The position numbers and the translations under genes were made by a program. A stretch of 63,800 nucleotides of DNA, the filler included, from Dicyema japonicum (lineage: Eukaryota > Animalia > Dicyemida), in NCBI GenBank assembly GCA_011109175.1. It is 14 parts of 14 records of this genome, joined end to end, with 100 filler letters (N's around TTAATTAATTAA, not from the genome) between each part and the next. Parts side by side here need not be neighbours in the genome. Positions count along the whole stretch, not along the records: positions 15,333 to 40,612 come from RDEW01000051.1; positions 40,713 to 45,329 come from RDEW01000079.1; positions 45,430 to 47,478 come from RDEW01000112.1; positions 47,579 to 49,813 come from RDEW01000273.1; positions 49,914 to 52,856 come from RDEW01000008.1; 9 more parts are not named here. One strand, written 5' to 3'. Below are positions 38,602 to 51,060 of this stretch, piece after piece (the first letter of the stretch is position 1; each line of letters begins with the position of its first letter). The notes beneath the pieces are model-generated. The model made no database searches. It was given only the letters and a program-made list of their open reading frames with translations, and was not told where the DNA came from.

Positions 38602-40612
38602 ATGAAAGCTGAAGATCCGACACAAAGTAGTACTCTAGTGACTTACCTAAGCAGAGGTCATCAATGCTGAATTACTGTCCCATATATCAGGCATCCAGAA
38701 AATCGAGGACATAACACAACTCGATTTATCGTCGAAGGGGAAAAAGGATAAGTTCAAAGTAATTTAGTTTTTCTTAGCAGAAAATAGAAAACTTGGAATC
38801 TCTCATATCACTGGACTCATTGAACCTCTCTTATAACTCAATATCGGTGATTGAAAACCTGACGACACTTACGAAACTGACCGAACTTGACCTATCGAAC
38901 AACTCACTCACTTCCTTTAATGGACTTCAGAGTCTTGGAAGTCTGAAAATTCTCGACCTTAGCTCGAATAGGATCATTTCTATCCCAAAGTTCCTCCCCT
39001 ACACGTGTCCTAACATTGAGATCCTGAACATACAGAGTAACTTGATTTCCTCGGTAGACGTGACTACTTAATGACTTAGTACTTGAGTGTGACGAATCTG
39101 TGCGGACTCGAATCACTGAGGATTTTGAATTTACTAGAAAATCCGATCCTCAACCTGAGTGACAGTCGTCTCTACATCATCCACTGTCTTAAATCCCTTC
39201 AAGTTTTAAACAACGGAAAAGTAACCGACGTGGAGATAACGAGAGCTGAGAAATTGTTCAAGATCGGTTCAATTATTTCTCATTTTGAAGCATCAAGGCA
39301 AGACTTTGACAGTCCCACCTCGCCAAAAATGAATTTGAACGAAATCCAGAAGATAACCGAACATGTCCAAGACATCGAAACTCAGATTAAATCCAAGAAC
39401 ATAATAGTACTCGTAGTCCCCACGTTTAGCTCCAACAGCAATCCGAAAAGCTGTCCACCGTTATAAAGACTCAGCAAGACTTCGAGGACAAATTACAGTT
39501 TTACATGGATCATTACGCTCACCATGGCAACCAACCAAACTTGAAGGTTTTAAATCACGCTTATTCTAGATTGACAATTCGACGGAAAATGTGACCCCGA
39601 CATCCAAGGGGGACGACTTAGCCGACATTATGGCAGGTATTGAGATGAAGCTGCAGTTGCTCGACAGCCTCGAATTGATGCTAAAAGAAAAAACAGTGGC
39701 GATTGAAAAATGTTGGCTTTTAATGATATTGCAAGCTAACGCTAAGTTATACAGTCTCAAGAGTGACTTGACGGCAATGAGGGCTCAGATCTTCCGAATG
39801 TCCAATGATCTTGTAAAAGGCTGCCAAAATCCGAAATTTCCTCAACCAAGTGAGGTCCCCGGTGAAATAAGAGAAAAGATGTCCTTGGTTACAGTAAATC
39901 GGTGAACCTAAGATCGGGGAACTCGAGGATATAAATAGACTGTTAAATATAGGACTTGGAAGATGCGAACAAAAAATTCATAGCGATGAGGCTGAACTGA
40001 AGGAACTAAGGGATAGTTACGGAACTGGGACCTTATCAGAAGTGGTTCAATATCAGTACATTTTAGAAGGACGTTGCTGAGCAAATTGTTAACGTTGAGA
40101 ACAATTTGGTCGAATTACGCCGAAGTAAAGAAGAGATCAAGGTCAACTTGACCAAAGTCGTTGATAAAATCCAACAAGAATCAGCGGAAGTCAAAAAATT
40201 GGAGACGGACTTGAAAGGTACTTAATATTTGCTTCCCCGGTAGCCAAAGATGACGGAAGCATGGAAGAACTGTACGAAAAAGAGTTGGACACGATCATTA
40301 GTCATCTTCGAAATGTCATAAACAATTTGGAATCTCAAATTGAGGAGAAGGAAGCAGCAAATAACCGGCTGATCACTATCAATGACCAATTAATGGAGAC
40401 TTTATTCAAATTCGAGCAAAATGTGTCGGAAATGCACAACAAGGCTCAAAGGAATGAAGATCTTGAAAAAGTCATGGGTTATGCTCACCCTTAGACAATC
40501 GAACGACTGATGGAAGACAACAAAAAATTGAGCAATTTCCTGGACAGCATGAAGCATGATTATTCGAGGATCAAGTTCAGTCAAGTGGAGATCTCAGATA
40601 GTGAGGCATCCA
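38602..40612 (+). CDS. CNTRL: Centriolin (CEP110)-like LRR plus coiled-coil protein, 5' part only (cut by gap); one apparent 1-nt frameshift near 39460
   Basis: Spliced: VINAELLSHISGIQKIEDITQLDLSSKGKKDKFK-KIENLESLISLDSLNLSYNSI..LENPIL..LYIIHCLKSLQVLNNGKVT..FEDKLQFY, then coiled coil; introns 38627-38654, 38759-38780 and others of 20-28 nt. Confidence 0.65.
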
Positions 40613-40879
40613 NNNNNNNNNNNNNNNNNNNNNNNNNNNNNNNNNNNNNNNNNNNNTTAATTAATTAANNNNNNNNNNNNNNNNNNNNNNNNNNNNNNNN
40701 NNNNNNNNNNNNATCTACCATTTTATTTTTACCAAAAAAGCAAATAAAGGAAAAGTCGATTAGATCTCTATTAAAGCTGAATAAAAAGCAATCCATGTGA
40801 GAAATCGACATCTTCATCATCTATGTAATTTAGTTATTAATTTATTTAATCTCGATAATTTCAATATTTTCCTTGTTTA

Positions 40880-41234
40880 AATCAGCCTATTAATTTAATT
40901 CTACGCTGAGTATTAGTACAAAATTTCCTATAATTTTCTATCCTATCACTCCATTTCCGCCCAAGAATCTCTAGTATTACTTGAAAGTCCTGGAGTCCCA
41001 GCCGAACGGGCCAAAGAGAAGAAGCGCGAGAGGTATGCTGATGCCGAGAATAGCAGATGTTTTTCCCCCTGGCAGTCGAGAAGTCCGCAATACAAGGACA
41101 TTCCCACTCGAACCCTAATCCAATACATCGGGTCAATTATAGAGAGGATTACCGGAACCATCAGACCACCGGTATCTGGCCGAACGAATCTCCCTGGCTA
41201 CACTTAGGGATTCAAGACTTGAATAGTTAATCAT
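40880..41234 (-). CDS. Candidate small gene of unknown function
   Basis: GC-richer open frames head-to-head with ALG6; ATG at 41234; no family recognised. Confidence 0.2.
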
Positions 41235-41457
41235 ACAAAACATGATCAAAGACTCTATATAAAAATTCACAAAAATATTTATTGTCACAAATTTCTTTTA
41301 TAGAGAAAAAGTTTTTTGCTCTTATTGTCAAAGATCGTGACTGTATACTGTGTTTTCTTAGAATAATATCTTTTGTATTAATTAAAAACGACAAACTATT
41401 TATTAGAACTCTAAAACCATAATATTTTAATTAATATGTAATAATAGAGTGGGGTCA

Positions 41458-43169
41458 ATGAACATATCCCTTGTGGTTGGCCTAAGCGCACTTTTATTTT
41501 TAAAGCTTCTCGTTGGTTCTGGTGGCTATTCTGGTAAGAAATGTTGGAATCATCTTCCAGGCTATGATTCACCACCAAAATATGGAGATTTCGAGGCTCA
41601 GCGACATTGGATGGAAATTACCATAAATCTCCCCATTTCTGAATGGTTGTTCCACAAAAATTAAATCTTTTTTAGGTATGTCAATTCTCATATAACGATT
41701 TAAACTATTGGGGAATCGACTATCCACCAATGTCTGCATATCACAGCTATATAATGGGACAGATGTAAACTTTTAATAATGATTTTAGTGCCAAGCTGAT
41801 TAATCCAAATTGGATGAGTCTTTTCTCTTCGAGGGGATTTGAATCAAAGAAATTAAAAATGTTTATGCGATACACTGGTAGTTTATTTATATCTATATAT
41901 TTAGTCATTTTCACGGATTTTTTAATTCTAGTTTCTGGTATTTTATATTTTTCGCGTAGAAATAAAGTATTTTAATGGATTTAATTTTGATAGATATTTG
42001 TATTATTCCCATTACTCTATCCTGGTTTATTGCTGATTGATCACGGCCATTTCCAATACAATTGTGTTGGTATTGGCCTGCTTGTGTGGGCTGTAGCAGT
42101 CATAGAGAATGGAAATTTGTGTTTAGGTAGTATATTTTATGTCTGTGCCTTGTTCTACAAGCAAACTGTGCTTTATTTTGCTTTTCCTGTATTCTTAAGA
42201 ATTTTGCAACGTTCTATTGAACATGGATTTTTAATCGGGTATTTAAACTTAAATTAAAAAAGTCTTTGGCGATTGGTCAAAGTGGGATTGACCAGTCTAT
42301 TTTGTGCTGGAGTAATCTTACTGCCATTTTTGGCATCAGACCGTTCTTTGGAGTCTCTAATGGCTATTTACAAAAGGGTGTTTCCATTCTGGAGAGGATT
42401 ATATGAGGCATATTAAATTTTAAACTAAATCAAGGACAAAGTGGCTAATTTTTGGTGCTCTCTTTCTATTTTAATAAAACCCGAAATAATTTTTAAAGAA
42501 AATTTATTGTTGATGTGGTATTCATTATTTTTTATCAAGCTCAGTGCTGTCCTTACTGCTTTCTTTGCTGTTCTACCTTGTATTGTTAATATGTACAGAA
42601 CTCGGAAGTTTCTGGATGTTATGGTTGATTATAACTAATTTTTTACGGGTAGACAGCATCCTCCCTCGCTTTTTATCTTTTTTCATTTCATGTCCACGAG
42701 AAAGCTATAATTTTTCCGTCAATGTATTATATTTACATATTCCCGCCTAATTAGGTTCGCCTGTCTATCAAATAATTCATATTGGCTTGTTCTTTGGTTT
42801 TTGGAAATATCCACAATAAGGTTAATTATAGACAATAAAAAATAGTTTATTTCCTCTTCTTAGAAGGGGTGGCCAAACTTTACAATTTATCGTGGTTATT
42901 TTGATATTTCATTTATTGTGCACTTTGAAAAGCAAAATGCAGGAAAAAGGTGAAAGTCCCAAAGGAATTCTTCCCTTGAGCCATTCAAGGATGTATAAAT
43001 TGGCGGTTTTTAATTAAATTTGTTGTTTTAGATGCCCCTTGCAGTTGTTCTGCTTTTGTGTGAAATGTTCCAGCTCCCTGTTCCAACGAAATATCCCTAT
43101 TTATGGAGTAGGCTTCTTTATTGTTATTGCTCGATTAATTTTATGATAATTTATGTCGCTTTTATCTAA
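41458..43169 (+). CDS. ALG6: ALG6, dolichyl-P-Glc:Man9GlcNAc2-PP-Dol alpha-1,3-glucosyltransferase; 12 micro-introns; one apparent 1-nt frameshift near 41690
   Basis: GDFEAQRHWMEIT, YWGIDYPP, LIDHGHFQYN, RGLYEDKVANFWC, FSFHVHEKAI; introns 24-31 nt (41534-41560, 41646-41675, 41765-41788, 41878-41904, 41967-41993, 42239-42262, 42408-42434 and others); stop TAA 43167-43169. Confidence 0.92.
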
Positions 43170-43369
43170 AATTGTATTTTTGGTCAATAAATTTAAATGT
43201 GATAATTTAATAAAAGTTATTTTTTTCGATATCGAGCTTTGACAATTTTCTTAAATATGAAACTACTAAGAGTAAGTAATCCGACAGACGATCGAAACCG
43301 AGGTTTACTAAAAAAACCAGTTCGTTTCCCACCTCGATCGTCTTATGAAAGATTTAGTATAATTCTACT

Positions 43370-43690
43370 AGTCTCAAAGGCTAGTGGTATGAAGTCCACA
43401 ATGGACAAAAGATAGGAGTATTTAGAGTCCTTTTCGACTCTCGCAGACTGTCGTCCTTGAGAAAGGTGAAGTGTGTCTCACACAAAACTTTCTTTTTTGA
43501 AGGAGAAATTAGTCATCTCATCCGGACGCTTTCCATCGTCCCTGTCAATACCAACTGTTTCTAGATTCGACGGGAACCAAAATGAGGAATGAGATTTTTC
43601 GACGAGGTCATTAAGAGAAGAATTCGAGTCAAGACATTTTTGGAGGACATTGACACACAGTATAAATTTTATTATTTAAAATTTTTAAGA
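43370..43690 (-). mobile_element. Degenerate CRE-like RLE remnant
   Basis: LETVGIDRDDGKRPDEMT ... DFIPLAFETS. Confidence 0.6.
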
Positions 43691-44183
43691 AAGTGGAAAA
43701 TCAGAGTACACACGTTAAAAATCTAAGGAATCTTATGTGTTGTATTGTCAACGTTTCAGAATATTGATTCACCTTTTTAGTTATTTCAACGAGACAACAA
43801 TGATATCTGGCTTGAATTCCTAGTTTCTGATACACATGGTCGAGAAAAATTTACACAAATTAGATTGATTTATTCTTAGTCATCCCAAAAATATAAAGAT
43901 TCACGAAAACTGCATTAACGGAAATTGTCTTTTTTACATCACTCGGTGGATTTAGGAATCAAACGTATAATAAAAGCATTATCTGAAATTGATTCGTCTC
44001 TTACACGTTCAAAACTCTGAAAATCAAGTTCAACCATCTCCTTTATTATTTTTAGATATTATGTACGAAACGGGACAATGAGAAGGTTAAGTTTTTATCG
44101 TTTCTTATGCCGCACCCAAGATGATTTTCTGCGTTAGAAACCTCCACTCTCTTGAGATTGCGATTTTTGGAGGTCGTCTAGGT

Positions 44184-44860
44184 CAGTGGTTTTCAACGGC
44201 GGGCGATTCGCCCCCTAGGGGCGATGGTTGATTGCAAATTAATAATATTATATTTTATTTAAATTTCTAAGCGTGATTTCTTAGTTATCTTTATGGGTCG
44301 TGTTCAAAAAAAAGTCAGAATGTATAAAGATGAATATATTTCTTTTGGATTTACTTTGTCTTTAATGTGGTACAATCTTTTCGAATGAGGCAATGAAACC
44401 GTCTCGTTTGATTGAAACAATTTAAAGCGAAAACATCATCATTCAATTGGAAAAAAGGCAGACTTTTTTCTAGAATTAAAAAAGAATTTTGAAAATAAAA
44501 AAAACACCTTACCGTCAATCTTTAATAAAAATATATCTCAAAATCTTTCTGAATTTTCTTATTCATATAAATTTGAATAGATAATCTCAAAAACTGGTTG
44601 CATTATTATTTAAATTATACGTAATGCCCATTCGATTGCAGAAAATGTCATCCGTCCTTGTTTAAATTTATTTATAAACGATATCTTACAAAAAGATTCT
44701 TCAAATATTATGAAGACTATTCCATTAAACAACGACACTATACGAAGAAGAATCGATGAAATTTCTAATGAAATCGAACAATCCTTAATTTTATTTCTCA
44801 GGTTTCAGTCCAACTTGACTAATCAGTTGTCGTTGATAACCAGTCAATTTTGATGGCATA
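44184..44860 (+). mobile_element. hAT transposon (ZBED5/SCAND3-like) 5' part
   Basis: Terminal CAGTGGTTTTCAAC after GTCTAGGT; YKDEYISFGFT, FSNEAMKPSRL, IPLNNDTIRRRIDEIS. Confidence 0.75.
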
Positions 44861-44862
44861 TA

Positions 44863-45329
44863 CAGTCGGACCTCGGTTTGAGCCACTTCGTGGCTCATAA
44901 ACCGAGTTTGTATCATAAACCGAGGTTCACTAATATTTTTGTATTAAACTGTTTTTTTAGCAAAAAGAATTTTAGAAACAATTGATGAATTATATTTTTT
45001 GAAAGTAATGTGTAATCTTTTCTTCAAAACGATTTTTTCCCGTAAATTAGACATTATTTTTTCCGTAGGGAGTAAAAATCATTTGATAGTTCTGAAGAAA
45101 GTTTACATATGTTTTCCTCCATTTTATTAATCACACTCAGTGGATCAATGATGTCCGTTGATTCAGGTCCATTATAAAAATTTTATTTCGCTTTCAAGGC
45201 ATTCTTCGGCAAAAACTTCGTTCACCATTTCTTTCATATCCGTATGAATCTCTGTGCTGATATTTGATGTTCCCTCGCATCGATACTCAAAATTTTTTTT
45301 CCAACAATTTTGAATTTGCACTGAAGTTA
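44863..45329 (-). mobile_element. Tigger-like element 3' end nested in the hAT
   Basis: TA-CAGTCGGACCTCGG terminal motif; VTSVQIQNCWKK on minus strand. Confidence 0.55.
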
Positions 45330-45429
45330 NNNNNNNNNNNNNNNNNNNNNNNNNNNNNNNNNNNNNNNNNNNNTTAATTAATTAANNNNNNNNNNNNNNN
45401 NNNNNNNNNNNNNNNNNNNNNNNNNNNNN

Positions 45430-46703
45430 TGTTCTCAATAAATCCATAAATCTAAATTAAAATTGAATCAAACATTTGCGATATATACAAGGTTGAGTTT
45501 GTTCAACAATTCGCTATCAATTACAATCCAGTTTAAGGATTTTGACAATTTATCAACGGCCTGAAATTAAGAAAAAATATACAGCAAATGTTCCATTTTT
45601 ATTAGCGACAACAAAATTCGGAAATTGAGCCGCATCAAATGCAATGACATTCTGCAATGTGACAAGACTTAATACCTCGATTTCCATGGATAATTTGACG
45701 CCTTCCGTCGCGATAGAATACAGCTTCAATATTTTATATTCTGGGTAATAAACAAGAAAATCAGATTCTCTGAATGCAACCAATTCGAATCTGGGGGAAT
45801 CCAAGTCAAACTATTCGAATTATTTTTATATTTAACAATAATATTTGTTTCCTGTTCGTCCGATAGATAAATCGAATTTGAGGAGTCAAGTGTATATAAG
45901 AATTTTCCCTGATCTGCAAAAATATATCTAAAAATAACAGTAAAACTAAGAAAACCTGATCTTTCCCCCAATATTCATACCCGAATTTGAAACTCCATCA
46001 TCTTCTAAATTCGAGAACGACAAAACAGAGTTTAGTGAACTGAAAATAAATCAAAGAAAACCTGCTATTTAAGTTAAATTCATTAACTTTATCACCGTTT
46101 ACATCATTAACAACATAAGCAAATTCAGAATCAACTATCAAAGTAAGAAATTCTTTATTCTTCCCAGTTTTTACAATAAAACTTAAAATAAAAATAATAA
46201 AAAATAATTAAAATATTTCAGTAAAAATTAAACCTTTTGGTGGGTACAGATTCAAGTGTGTAAAGATTAGTTTCCCATAGCATTAAACCACGTGTAACAT
46301 CCCATTTCCGAACAATTATTCCGTTCCCATGAATTGTATAAATAACGTCTAAAGACTATAATTTTTGATAAAACCATTAGAAAATTGTTTTATCTCAAAT
46401 GAAAGTTCATTTTCCAAAGAATGTCTCCACACTAACTTTATAATAAACATCAACGCAAATTCTGACCATTTGAGCTAATAGAAGATAGGATTTTATTATC
46501 CGTGGCGACAACGAGGGAAGTTAGATTGTTTTGCTTGTAGTGAAATGATACAAAATTATATCTTCCTAAATATTGTTTATACCTAAATTTAGGTGTTATT
46601 AAAATTTTTACCAATTTCCTTTTCCTATTTGGTCTCTATAAATAATAGAATGGCTTGACGAGAAAAATAGAATAAATATTAATTTGACACACGAAACCGG
46701 CAT
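45430..46703 (-). CDS. EMC1: ER membrane protein complex subunit 1, N-terminal part (cut by gap)
   Basis: Signal peptide then IYRDQIGKGNWYKQYLG..LVVATDNKILSSISSNGQNL.WRH..DVIYTIHGNGIIVRKWDVTRGLMLWET, matching the EMC1 PQQ-like propeller start; introns mostly 22-29 nt; no stops after splicing. Confidence 0.8.
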
Positions 46704-49700
46704 CGTAATATATTATTTTAAATTTTAATAATTTTTTTTAATACAATTTAAAATTACACTAAAATTTAAATAATTCTATCATAAAAAACTGGTTTTTATT
46801 CTTTTTGGTCGTAACGTCTGATGAAATCGGATCTGACAGTCGGGTTCGAATTCGAAAGAAGGACTTTCCAACGAAGGTCAATTATTCTCAATCAGATCTC
46901 ACCCGTGAGGCGACGGGTCCTCCTGGTAGGACACAATAGTTGAAAGGGATTTTCCTCTCTTTCTCCCAGGCACATTCCACTGGTGAAGATTACCATTATG
47001 AAAACTTTTCGACTATGAATGAAGTGATGTCCACGACGGTTGGACATGCGATGAAAATGGAAGAGGACGGACCTACTTCTCTATCTCTCTTCAGAAGCGG
47101 AGGAATAGTGAGGATGGAATTGGTCGGCTCAAACAGACGTTCTTTCCTTGGATAAATTGTTGTGACTGTTTGTGATGGGCTTACCAATGGTTGTAAACTT
47201 GGGGTTAATAAATAAAATAGTTAGTTAGTTATTATAAAGTAATCACTGCAAATTAAGTTATGGGGGAAGTAATATGAATCTGTAAAGATTGCCAACCGAC
47301 TTTTTCCCCGACAGTCTCTGTAAGAAATCCGTAAGCACAGGGTCATCTCTGAAAATAACTACCAGATAATTTAGTGCGGGTTTTGAAACTCGAATAAAAT
47401 TTTCGATAGTTCCGCCAACCTTGCACATTTTTCCTTCCAACCATAGGGAATTGGCATACAAATATTTATCTCGTAAGTNNNNNNNNNNNNNNNNNNNNNN
47501 NNNNNNNNNNNNNNNNNNNNNNTTAATTAATTAANNNNNNNNNNNNNNNNNNNNNNNNNNNNNNNNNNNNNNNNNNNNAACGGGGACAAATTCAAACATC
47601 ATTAATGTTTTAATTATTTTATTTAAAAATCCATAATTAATTATTTGAATAACCTGAGCCACCAAGATAAAAATTCAATTAATACAAGTTATATTAATTC
47701 AAAAACACGACATGACAACGGTATAAATAAATACATAAACTATACCAAACAATTTAATGAAGTGTGTGTATTGAAAAAATCAATTATTGATTTTTTTAAA
47801 TTAATAATTTTTGTTCAATCAGTCGAACAGGGAAAGGATTGGAGATTTCATATATAATTTACTTCTAAAAAGTAAAATTAGACAAAATGCAGATAGTTGA
47901 TAGAATAAAATGATATATTCGAATCCGCCAAATTCCCGATCCGAAATTTTCTTGAAACTCCAAAAATGACGAATTCAAGAGAAATTAATTTATTCTGAGC
48001 CTCTCGGACTAATCACAAAGAACATAAACCTGAGAAAACAGTTTTTTACCGACAAAATATATGAACAAATCGCTTGACTTCTTTTTACTTTGCACAATCT
48101 GTAATTCATTACATTGAATATATCAAATAATTCTGTAATCGTTGTCCTTTTGATCAAGATTCAAGATGAATGCTACTCATTTATTTATTTGGAAGTAAAA
48201 TCACAGTATGAATGAACAATTTAATGGAAGACTGATCCAATTGAGTTTCGGAGATATTTGAAACAAAATTTTTCGAAAATTAGATTAACAAAAGAGGTCG
48301 GTATGATTAAAAGGCACATTCTATATCAGGAAAAGACAAAATACAAATATAAATCTGCATTTTCAAAAACAAATTAAATATTGGGACTCAATAAGAAATT
48401 TCAGTTAGAGATCATTATTCCAAAAAATTAATGAAAAATTTCAATACATTATGCTAAACACAGTCAATGTTCTCGAAAGTATCAGAAGACTTCAACCTTG
48501 AACGTATCATATTACCGGAAATCTCTAGAGTGATAAAAATGACTAAATTTGGTCGCTCTCCAGGACAGACAACATATCCTCAGAATGTCAAACATAATGT
48601 ACTCAAAATTAGAAATATGGAAATATAATTTACATAATTTCTTCATAATTAAAGCAACACAATTAATTGATGAATCAAATATCTATTCAATAAAAATTTG
48701 ATTCAAACATCATTAATGTTTTAAATATTTTATTTAAAAATCCATAAAAAACATCCTTCGATAATGTAAGAAAAATAATCCTCAAAAACAACTGACACAA
48801 TTGACTTCATAGTTTGTGACAAAGTACTACTTTATGATGTGCTATATTTTGTTATATTGTGAGTCACGGTGCTAATAATAATATTCAACTTGTGACATTT
48901 CGTTCAAAAAATAGACAGTTTTTATAGACGTTAATTTGACAGTCCTCAAGAATACTACATTGAAATTGAGGTTCTTCAAATACATAATAAAAATGGAAAT
49001 CGATTCATTCGCAAGCATCAAGAAGCAAATTGGTATAGAATCACGTTTCTGAGTATGCCACACTTCCTGAAATAACATATGTGGATTTAAGTAAGTCAAA
49101 AATAAAACTAAAGTGTGTAGAACATATAGACAAATTGAACTGATAAGTATAAATTCTATACAAAATTTGGACTCCCGTTATATAACAATAAAAATAATTA
49201 ATCAATAATCAATAAAATAACAATTAATAATCTCTGTGGGAAAAAAATAATCAATAATAATACATTAACATAATTTCTTCATAATTAAAGTCAATCAAAT
49301 GAATTGGTGAATCAAATATTCATTCATAATAGTTTGATTAACCTTGTACTTTCAATAATGAAGAAATACAATGAAAAAGCATATGAAACTATAATACATA
49401 TTGGACCCACAAGAGACAAAACCAAAGCATGTNCTCTGTAGGAAAAAATAATCAATAATAATACATTCACATAATTTCTTCATAATTAAAGTCAATCAAA
49501 TGAATTGGTGAATCAAATATTCATTCATAATAGTTTGATTAACCTTGTACTTTCAATAATGAAGAAATACAATGAAAAAGCATATGAAACTATAATATAT
49601 ATTGGACCCACAAGAGACAAAACCAAAGCATGTATGTTAAACTTTATTATAGATGGTTGACCACATTATAATATATATTTTTGCCTAATATAACTAATAA

Positions 49701-50959
49701 ACTAATAAATTATTTATTTATTTGTTACAGAAATATAATACATTATCATGTGAATAGTTTGTTTGATGTTACCGTGGTCTGTTTTTTTTCGTTTCACTTT
49801 ATTATATAACAGANNNNNNNNNNNNNNNNNNNNNNNNNNNNNNNNNNNNNNNNNNNNTTAATTAATTAANNNNNNNNNNNNNNNNNNNNNNNNNNNNNNN
49901 NNNNNNNNNNNNNTAATTTTTCTAAATTATTTTCTATTGTCAATTTTTGGTCTTTTTTATCGCTAGGACAAAGGCCCCTCTTATAGCTTACAACTTCCGA
50001 GCAACAACAGATCTGTTTGTTAGCATTGATGATTTAAAATAATGACTTTCAATGTTAAGTAATTTCCTGAAAGACATATTTTTTAATATTCGACAATTCA
50101 ACCTAAGGATTTCATTACATTTTCATTAAAACATGGAAAAAAGAAATCAAAGCATTCGCTTATATGTAGAAAGTAGTACATGTGCTTTAAATATAAAAAG
50201 AGTTTAAAAATCAGGAACACCATAACTGTAAATATATTTGAGACAGTCTTGTTGAGCCTACTTAAAATATGAGATACAAAATTAAGATTTAAAAAAGTAG
50301 GAAATTATCTTCTTTTATCTAAAAACTAAAACGTCTGTTAAGCAAATCGTCAATAAAACCATGTAGCTCTTCCAATTGATCTCCGTTGATATCGTGAAAA
50401 GTAACGTTACATCAATTTTGTAGGTGCAGATCAGAATAATATTTGCTAAAAATACACTCAAATGAGTCTTAGCGTGAGTGAATGATTCTAATCAGAAAAT
50501 TAAATTCCAAAGACCAAGGGTAACCAAACTAACTAACTCCTCTATCCAGACTCGTTCCAGCAATCCAGAACTTGTCTCCAAGTAACAACGTTGTTCCCCA
50601 AGGAAGAATTGTTGGATCCCTTGCAGTCAATAAAGCGAGTGCTTATTTTTGTTTATCATCATGTGATATGAAGTCCTCAAAAAAATTTCCACGTGTCTAG
50701 AATGATTATGTATGTTATGACACATCACATACTTACTAAAGTGAAAATTCTTTGGTTGAGCAGATGGTCTATTTTTCTCCATTTCAGTCATGCTGTTCAC
50801 GTCTTATAAATTATTGTAATGTCTCCTTGTTGTTCATTTAAAAAAACTTTTTTATTTTTTAATTTTTTCCGTTCGAAGAAGGGAAGCCATTAGTACGAGA
50901 TTCCATGTGCATTGCCCCCCCCCGTAGTTGTCGGAAACTCGTCAAAAACTTGTTAGACA

Positions 50960-51060
50960 TGTTGTATGCTCCGGAAAAGGTTATAATACAAAGTGCTGTT
51001 GGACCGGTTCACATTCCAGCCCATAGTAGTTGAGACGACTGAATGAATAATCGCGAAATC
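50960..51060 (+). mobile_element. Short CRE-like remnant
   Basis: LLDRFTFQPIVVETT, the same motif as 59025-59065. Confidence 0.45.

Noticed and set aside
41089-41115. Mia40/CHCHD4-like FEWECPC motif
   Set aside because: The required twin CX9C motifs do not follow
43730-44000. Helitron PIF1 helicase remnant (KRQFPL-like)
   Set aside because: Only a few residues match and the TINKSQG motif is not recoverable
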